Positions 26,691 through 32,595 of a stretch of DNA of 32,595 nucleotides are shown piece by piece. The notes beneath the pieces were generated by a model. It did not search any database, was not told the origin of the DNA, and was given only the letters and a program-made list of their open reading frames with translations. Position 1 is the stretch's first letter. Each line of letters opens with the position of its first letter. Location: assembly GCA_964386875.1 (NCBI GenBank), contig CAYLUK010000005.1, positions 1 through 32,595 on the forward strand, given 5' to 3'. Made by a program: the position numbers and the translations under genes. Source of the stretch: an uncultured Gammaproteobacteria bacterium. Lineage in GTDB: Bacteria > Patescibacteriota > Patescibacteriia > 2-01-FULL-39-33.

Positions 26691-26719
26691 TTGACAATAT
26701 ATCATATACGTGATATAAT
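26691..26719 (+). promoter_or_regulatory. consensus sigma70 promoter
   Basis: TTGACA-17-TATAAT with TG extension. Confidence 0.8.
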
Positions 26720-26818
26720 TATGCCTAGAGCAACGCAAGTTAACAATTTAGCAGATGATCTATTTGTATCGGATTGTCTGTTTATGAAATTCACTAACCA
26801 GAAAAAAGGAGAAGAGTG

Positions 26819-27595
26819 ATGAAAAGGAATTTGATTATTGCAATGAGTGTGGTGATGGCGTCGGCAGGCTGCCCTGTTCCGGAAACGATTTTGGAGGGGA
26901 ATGGACTTGTCGTCGTCCCAGGAGTTTTTATTAGTTCTAACGAATCTTCCGGCGAACCGTGGGATATGATCTACGATGCACTCGAGCAAGAAGTCGATCA
27001 TTATATCTGCGTGTTGTATGATCCGATTTCCGGTGAGACCAAGGATTGGTTTTTTGCCGACAAAGAGGAGGAAACCATCCACGAGGTCGAGGCTGGGAAG
27101 TATTTGATCGAGCTGTGGGCAGAGGATCATCACGTGGCAGCTCAAACATTATTTGTCGGCGACGCGGGTAACCAAACAATACATAACGGTGATACCATCT
27201 ATGTTAATCCGCAAATGGAAGTTGACCGTAAGGTGTACCGTTTTGGTGTCCGCCTGAATCGTCGGTATTTTCCTGGGAGTGAGTCAGTCGCCAGAGTCGA
27301 GGCGGTGGATAGTAATGGCATCAAAATCGTCTATCCCGCCACACACTTTATCTACCAGATCGGCTCCTTCACTAATCAGAGCGGGGTCCAGCCGATTTAC
27401 GACCACCACTTTGAGATATCTTTACTAAAAGACTTTAATCTGGACGGTCGGCAGTATTCGTTGGTTGTTGACATTGACGGTCACAGTGAAGAGTCAATTG
27501 ATCTCGATTTTAATATCATTGATTTGATGGAGAATCACATCCATACTCCTATGGGGACCACCCCGATTATGGAGGTGGAGTTGGTGTACTCCTAG
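26819..27595 (+). CDS. orphan putative lipoprotein
   Basis: MKRNLIIAMSVVMASAG-C lipobox-like signal; SD AAAGGAG; beta-rich acidic body. Start is GTG 26816 or ATG 26819. Confidence 0.7.
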   Translation: MKRNLIIAMSVVMASAGCPVPETILEGNGLVVVPGVFISSNESSGEPWDMIYDALEQEVDHYICVLYDPISGETKDWFFADKEEETIHEVEAGKYLIELWAEDHHVAAQTLFVGDAGNQTIHNGDTIYVNPQMEVDRKVYRFGVRLNRRYFPGSESVARVEAVDSNGIKIVYPATHFIYQIGSFTNQSGVQPIYDHHFEISLLKDFNLDGRQYSLVVDIDGHSEESIDLDFNIIDLMENHIHTPMGTTPIMEVELVYS

Positions 27596-27607
27596 GTAGA
27601 ATAGTTT

Positions 27608-27646
27608 TGCCTCGTAGCCTAGCATGGTTGCGAGGCATTTTTTTTT
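27608..27646 (+). terminator. intrinsic terminator
   Basis: TGCCTCGTAGCC-loop-GGTTGCGAGGCA followed by a T-run. Confidence 0.8.
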
Positions 27647-27747
27647 GCTTATTATTAAATATTTTGTTAAGATAGACAATTATAGATTTTGGTACTTTTT
27701 AGCTCTTTAAAATTCATTCTAACCAGTGGACACTAGGAGGAAGTAAG

Positions 27748-28821
27748 ATGACTAGACAATTAAAGCTCAGACTTTGTTCCGCTGATGAAATAATTACAGT
27801 GGAAGAGAGAAAGGCCGGTGCTTCGAGTAAGGTGCTTGATTATAAGCGGGTTGTTATTCCTATTTTGGCCAGTGAGTCTATGACCAAAGCCGAGCTGTGG
27901 GAGATTCTAAAATCTCGGACGGATTACAACACTGGCGATGGTAGTGAGCTTAGTGAAAGGCGGGCAATTATCAGATTGCGTAGTTTGTTTAGAAGGAATA
28001 TGCACATCTTTGGCTATCAAGACGGCGAATGGTATGTCATCGGCACATCAACTGATCCCAATTTAATACAGCAATTTCAAATAGCTGATCGCCCCCTTGT
28101 TGGTCATGGCTCAACAGTGACATTACGAGAGATAATTTTTGACATTTTATTGGGGCATCATTTGACTTCAGGTCAAGTGGCAAGATTGGTCAGACGACAT
28201 CCATCCTACGATGGTGATTTAAGTATCAAGGATTTAAAAAAACAAGTGTCGTGGACCTTGAATAAGAACAAAAGTATTTTTGAGTCACAAAGTGATCGCG
28301 CCAAATATCCTCAGTGGATTATTAAGCCGGGCATAATGAAACTTCCAAGCCGATACAAGCAGAAATTGCAAAAGCTCATTCTCCACGATATGATGATGAC
28401 AAGATGGCGGATTAGGGGCTGGTCGTTAGTTGAATTAGTTGAAGGAGTCACAAGTATGAATTCTGACTTTCGAATAGATCCTGGCGCTTGTCAGATTTAT
28501 ATCAAGAAATATTTGGCCGCTCTTTTATCTCAGTCAAATGGTTTATTATTTGAACAAGTAGCTAAAAAGATGGGTTCAAGATGGCGCGCGATTGATCCTA
28601 GGATAATAAAGTTAAGAACATGTTCATCACATCAAAGTTGGCACAATCTTGTATCAGTGGTATTTCGCGATGAAAATGTGCCAATAACATCCGCTCATTT
28701 AATAGACAGAATTAGACGTTATGCCTATTTGTTTGGTTGGGACATGGCATTTGTGCCACATTCTCATTTGCAGAAAGAGATAATTAGAGTTATGGAGAGT
28801 TATAACATTGAGGTCATATAA
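27748..28821 (+). CDS. basic protein with about four tandem winged-helix (HARE-HTH-like) repeats
   Basis: Repeats such as LREIIFDILLGHHLTSGQVARLV...LKKQVSWTLNKNKSIFES...W; SD AGGAGG. Fold call is by pattern only. Confidence 0.6.
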   Translation: MTRQLKLRLCSADEIITVEERKAGASSKVLDYKRVVIPILASESMTKAELWEILKSRTDYNTGDGSELSERRAIIRLRSLFRRNMHIFGYQDGEWYVIGTSTDPNLIQQFQIADRPLVGHGSTVTLREIIFDILLGHHLTSGQVARLVRRHPSYDGDLSIKDLKKQVSWTLNKNKSIFESQSDRAKYPQWIIKPGIMKLPSRYKQKLQKLILHDMMMTRWRIRGWSLVELVEGVTSMNSDFRIDPGACQIYIKKYLAALLSQSNGLLFEQVAKKMGSRWRAIDPRIIKLRTCSSHQSWHNLVSVVFRDENVPITSAHLIDRIRRYAYLFGWDMAFVPHSHLQKEIIRVMESYNIEVI

Positions 28822-28831
28822 GACACTTTCT

Positions 28832-28858
28832 GACGTTGCCCCGGCAGCGTCTTTTTTT
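28832..28858 (+). terminator. intrinsic terminator overlapping the next -35
   Basis: GACGTTGCC-CC-GGCAGCGTC-TTTTTTT. Confidence 0.75.
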
Positions 28859-28885
28859 GACATTATATATTTTTTGTGTTAGAAT
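28857..28885 (+). promoter_or_regulatory. sigma70 promoter upstream of tig
   Basis: TTGACA-17-TAGAAT with TG extension. Confidence 0.75.
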
Positions 28886-29015
28886 AATCAAAGTTTGTAT
28901 CAAAAGCTGTCGCAGGTAGATCGATGCACCCATCATTTTTTCTCAAAAAAGGTGAGGGGGTGCAAAGCAATAGACTTTAGACTGGAAGGGTTGAATATAA
29001 ATAATTATTTTAATT

Positions 29016-30308
29016 ATGAATATAACTGTTAAACAATTACCCAAATCACAAGTTGAGTTGACTATTGAAATATCAACTTTGGAGATGCAGCCGTTTTTAG
29101 AGAAAACCGCTACTAAATTATCAATAGAATTAAAGATTGAAGGCTTCAGGCCAGGCAAGGCGCCGTATAATATCGTCAAAGCCAAAGTTGGTGAGATGAA
29201 CATTATGCAGGAAGCATTAGATAGCATAATCTCCAAGTATTATTATGATGCGCTTGAGCAAGAAAAGATCGTCACTATTGGTCAGCCAAAAGTTGAGATT
29301 GGGAAGCTAGCCCCGGGTAATCCGTTGGTGTTCAAGGCCACAGCCGCTGTTTTGCCAAAAGTGAAGATTGGTGATTGGAAAAAGATCAAGCTATCACGTC
29401 AGCCAATTGAGATCAAGGACGAGCAAGTCCAGAAAGTTATTGATGATATTTTGAAAATGCGTGCCAAAGAAAATTTGGTTCAACGCGAAGCCAAGACTGG
29501 CGATAAATTAGAAATTGATTTTGAAGTTTTTCAGGATAAAGTGCCGATTGAACATGGCCGACAAGCCAAGTATCCGATTATTATCGGTGAAAATAAATTT
29601 ATTCCAGGTTTTGAAGATCAGCTGATTGGCATCAAGGCCGGTGACACTAAGGAATTTGAGCTTAAATTTCCGGATCAGTATTATCAGAAAAATCTAGCCG
29701 GTAAAACTGCCGAGTTTAGGGTTAAGATTAATAGTGTTTTTGAAATTGAACTGTCAAAATTAGATGATGCCTTTGCCAAGGAAATTTCCGGCGAGCAGTT
29801 TAAGACCATAGATGAGCTTAAAGATAATATAAAGAAAAATTTAGAACAGGAAGATAAGACCAAGCAAGAACAGCGTCTTGAGATTGAGCTGTTGGAAAAG
29901 CTGGTTGAGATTTCAGAATTTGAAGATATTCCTGAACTTTTAATCAGTAATGAATCCCACAAGATGATGCATGAGCTTGAGGGTAGCGTCAGTCAGCAAG
30001 GCTTTAAATTTGAAGATTATTTAAAAAGCTTAAAGAAGACCAAAGAAAAACTAGAACATGAATTACAGCCTCAAGCCGAGAAGCGAGTTAAGACCGCCAT
30101 TATTTCTCGTGAGATATATCAGGAGCAGAAGTTTATTGTCAGTCCAGAGGAGATTGCCAAAGAGATTAATGAAACCATCAAACATTATCCAGATAATCCC
30201 GACATGAAACAGCAGTTGGAATCTAATAGCTACAAAGATTATCTGAAGAATGTAATTGGTAACCGCAAAGTGATTGATTTTTTGAAGCAGAAAGTGATTA
30301 GTGAGTAA
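29016..30308 (+). CDS. tig: trigger factor
   Basis: GFRPGKAP ribosome-binding motif, FIPGFEDQLIG FKBP domain, FPDQY...LAGK. Confidence 0.97.
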   Translation: MNITVKQLPKSQVELTIEISTLEMQPFLEKTATKLSIELKIEGFRPGKAPYNIVKAKVGEMNIMQEALDSIISKYYYDALEQEKIVTIGQPKVEIGKLAPGNPLVFKATAAVLPKVKIGDWKKIKLSRQPIEIKDEQVQKVIDDILKMRAKENLVQREAKTGDKLEIDFEVFQDKVPIEHGRQAKYPIIIGENKFIPGFEDQLIGIKAGDTKEFELKFPDQYYQKNLAGKTAEFRVKINSVFEIELSKLDDAFAKEISGEQFKTIDELKDNIKKNLEQEDKTKQEQRLEIELLEKLVEISEFEDIPELLISNESHKMMHELEGSVSQQGFKFEDYLKSLKKTKEKLEHELQPQAEKRVKTAIISREIYQEQKFIVSPEEIAKEINETIKHYPDNPDMKQQLESNSYKDYLKNVIGNRKVIDFLKQKVISE

Positions 30309-30350
30309 ATTTTAACTTAAGTACCTTAACAACCACAGGAGGGAAGAACA

Positions 30351-31229
30351 ATGATGGATTTGTCGGATCGAATAGTAGCTGACTATATTGATGTTAATGA
30401 TGTGTCCGAAATTACTGAAGATTTATTGATTGTTTGGTTGTCTCAAGCTGGAGCTTTGCCGGACAATGATTTGTCGTTAGTCCATAGATATATGGCGACA
30501 GATGATCATGGCTATGCTCATTCAGTCAGGGTCTGGCGTCGGTGCCAAGAATTGATCACGGAGTGTCCGCTGTTGTGGCGCATGATCAGAAAATCTGAAG
30601 ATCAATTACATCTTAATATGGTTTCTGATCGGAACTATCGTTTAGTTTTGATTTGGGCCAGTGTTCTTCATGATTTTTCTCGATTTATCGCCGGCACGAC
30701 TTTTGATAATCATCAGTACAGATCAGCGGTTGTGTCCAGTCGGCTTTTTACCAATCAGAGATATGTTGGTGAGCTGATCAATTTAATTGAGCACCATGAT
30801 TATTTTTGTGAGATTATGGACGGACTAATGCCGATCAAAGCGATGACCCCACTAGCAGAGCTTTTTCGTCTGGCTGATAAGACTTCGGTTTCACCGGCGG
30901 AAGAAATCCTGCGCTATCATCAGACGGGCAATCGTCGGCAGACACCGTTTTTTGACCCCACCCTGTCCGACCAGTTCCGTTTTAATTTGTATTTGGCGGC
31001 GCGTAATTTGCAGACTGACCAGATCACTTGGTTTCTAATGCTCTTTGTGCTTCAATCTACGGATTTCATTTATCGGGAGACTGCCGATCAGTATGCTCGT
31101 TGGGCCAGAGGCAAGAAATTAGCTTTAGCCCAGATCGCCGAGCTGTGCCTCCAGCACAGAGTTGACTATGAGCAAGTGTTCGGCATCATCGTTCGATTCA
31201 TGGCTCATCATAAATTGATGGGCATATAA
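30351..31229 (+). CDS. HD-domain protein
   Basis: HGYAHSVRV, VLHDFSR, IEHHD, LADK; SD CAGGAGG. Confidence 0.8.
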   Translation: MMDLSDRIVADYIDVNDVSEITEDLLIVWLSQAGALPDNDLSLVHRYMATDDHGYAHSVRVWRRCQELITECPLLWRMIRKSEDQLHLNMVSDRNYRLVLIWASVLHDFSRFIAGTTFDNHQYRSAVVSSRLFTNQRYVGELINLIEHHDYFCEIMDGLMPIKAMTPLAELFRLADKTSVSPAEEILRYHQTGNRRQTPFFDPTLSDQFRFNLYLAARNLQTDQITWFLMLFVLQSTDFIYRETADQYARWARGKKLALAQIAELCLQHRVDYEQVFGIIVRFMAHHKLMGI

Positions 31230-31246
31230 TTTAAAGTTGCACCTTA

Positions 31247-31278
31247 ATCGTCTTGTTCGATCACAAGACGATTTTTTT
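31247..31278 (+). terminator. intrinsic terminator
   Basis: AATCGTCTTGT-TCGATC-ACAAGACGATT-TTTTT. Confidence 0.75.
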
Positions 31279-31504
31279 ATCCTACGAATATACAAATTAC
31301 TTTACAAATTTATAAATTTTACAAATATCTAAAATTTTTAACAGCTGCGATTTTAGCTCCACTTTTATAAAAGGTGGAAATGATATTTAGATTATTTATA
31401 AAAAAAGAGATTTGTAAAAAACAGGTGGGTTTTATCCGTTTAGTAATTGCTTAATTATCATTTATCAAGTAAAATTATAGCGAAAGCAAATAACTATTTT
31501 ATAT

Positions 31505-32008
31505 ATGCGTATCGCCATCGTCGGCGCTCATGGCGTCGGCAAAACAACATTATCGCAGAAATTAGCCATTGAATTGGGATTGCCGATTCTGCCCGATGTG
31601 GCGATAGAAGCACATGACAAGGGTTTTGCCATCAGTGAAAATACCCCGCCGGAAATCCAATTTTGGATGTTCGGCCGTCAGCTTGAGCTGGAGCGATTGA
31701 CTGGCAAGTTCATTGCTGACAAGTGCCTAATGGATTACAGCGTCTATGCTGATATTTTATTTGACGACCAGCGGGTCAAGGAGCTCTTGTCCGAGATGAT
31801 CAGGCGCAACACCAAGTATTCTCATGTTTTTTATCTGCCGATAGAATTTCCCATTAAAAACAATGGCATTAGAAGCTTGGATCCAGAGTTTCAAAAGAGA
31901 GTCAATGACCGGTATTTGGAAATATTGAATGATTGGGGCATTGAGCATCACACAATTTCTAGCAGTCTTGACGACAGATTTAACCAGGTACTAAAATTTA
32001 TCAAATAA
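31505..32008 (+). CDS. P-loop ATPase/kinase (AAA_28, NadR/Ttd14-like)
   Basis: IAIVGAHGVGKTT Walker A, IADKCLMD, FYLPIEFP...GIR. Confidence 0.85.
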   Translation: MRIAIVGAHGVGKTTLSQKLAIELGLPILPDVAIEAHDKGFAISENTPPEIQFWMFGRQLELERLTGKFIADKCLMDYSVYADILFDDQRVKELLSEMIRRNTKYSHVFYLPIEFPIKNNGIRSLDPEFQKRVNDRYLEILNDWGIEHHTISSSLDDRFNQVLKFIK

Positions 32009-32026
32009 CTTGGTTTCTTATAAAAT

Positions 32027-32595
32027 ATGAAATACTTAGTGACCGGCGGAGCCGGATTTATCGCCTCCAATCTAGTTGATGAATTAATTAGCCGTGGCCA
32101 TCAGGTCCGGATTATTGATAACCTCTCAACCGGCAAGAAAGAAAATCTCAATCCACAAGCCGAGTTTATCCAAGTTGATATTAGAAAGTTGGATGAAATT
32201 AAGCCTCATTTTGTCGGTGTTGATGGTGTGTTTCATTTTGCCGCTTTGCCTCGAGTCCAGTTGTCTATTGATGATCCAATCACTTCCAATGATATTAATA
32301 TTAATGGCACCTTAAATGTTTTGATTGCTGCTCGTGACGCCAAGTCTGGTAAGGTAGTGTATAGCGCTTCATCATCGGCTTATGGTGATAATGACAAGAT
32401 GCCACTGACCGAGGATATGTTGCCTAATCCGATTAGTCCTTATGGTCTGCAGAAATATGTCGGCGAGCATTACGCGAGGAATTTTTTCGTGCTTTATGGT
32501 CTGCCGACCGTGTCCTTGCGGTATTTCAATGTCTATGGTCCGAGAATGGCGATGAGTGGCGGTTATTTGACTGTTATTTCAGTCTTTCTCCAGCA
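32027..32595 (+). CDS. NAD-dependent epimerase/dehydratase (extended SDR), truncated by window end
   Basis: Not in the ORF track because it has no stop in the window. Translates MKYLVTGGAGFIASNL...DNLSTG...FHFAA...SSSAYG...YGLQK...RYFNVYGP. Confidence 0.93.
   Translation, partial: MKYLVTGGAGFIASNLVDELISRGHQVRIIDNLSTGKKENLNPQAEFIQVDIRKLDEIKPHFVGVDGVFHFAALPRVQLSIDDPITSNDININGTLNVLIAARDAKSGKVVYSASSSAYGDNDKMPLTEDMLPNPISPYGLQKYVGEHYARNFFVLYGLPTVSLRYFNVYGPRMAMSGGYLTVISVFLQ

Noticed and set aside
2933-32315. Many short ORFs overlapping larger genes (e.g. 5944-6228, 8130-9398, 14648-14967, 19084-19503, 23302-23915, 26702-27179, 32094-32315)
   Set aside because: They are antisense or off-frame shadows of well-supported genes with no motifs of their own. 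32094-32315 is off-frame within the epimerase.

Overview
Mostly housekeeping chromosomal window from a low-GC bacterium. Gene content suggests Patescibacteria/CPR (Parcubacteria-like); this is inference from the pilin, PsbP-like, GerMN and LTD/PKD surface proteins, nusA without rimP and scarce SD sites in core genes. TGA is used as a stop codon. The window holds the 5' end of a 23S rRNA gene with no adjacent 16S, tRNA-Leu(TAG), tRNA-Arg(CCT), tRNA-Ala(GGC), gyrA with a 436-aa LAGLIDADG intein, a CaCA antiporter, an MBL hydrolase, trxA and two convergent trxB-like genes, an AroE-family protein, a methyltransferase, yraN, nusA, a membrane pyrophosphatase, tig, HD, AAA and epimerase genes, and several orphan single-gene units. 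I found no CRISPR array, integrase, transposase or reverse transcriptase. The best candidates for new biology are non-coding. (1) A leader peptide plus antiterminator/terminator switch sits in front of the 23S gene and could be a ribosome-sensing attenuator of rRNA synthesis. (2) An intact tRNA-Arg sits on a long stem nested in the T-loop of a decayed tRNA-Arg. (3) Three 26-32 bp perfect palindromes of (TGTCTAGACA)x2 lie next to promoters. (4) A 1.3-kb cassette is bounded by perfect 19-bp inverted heptamer repeats that join the gyrA stop codon to the next start codon. (5) A terminator hairpin begins almost at the nusA transcription start. All functional readings come from manual inspection and are untested.
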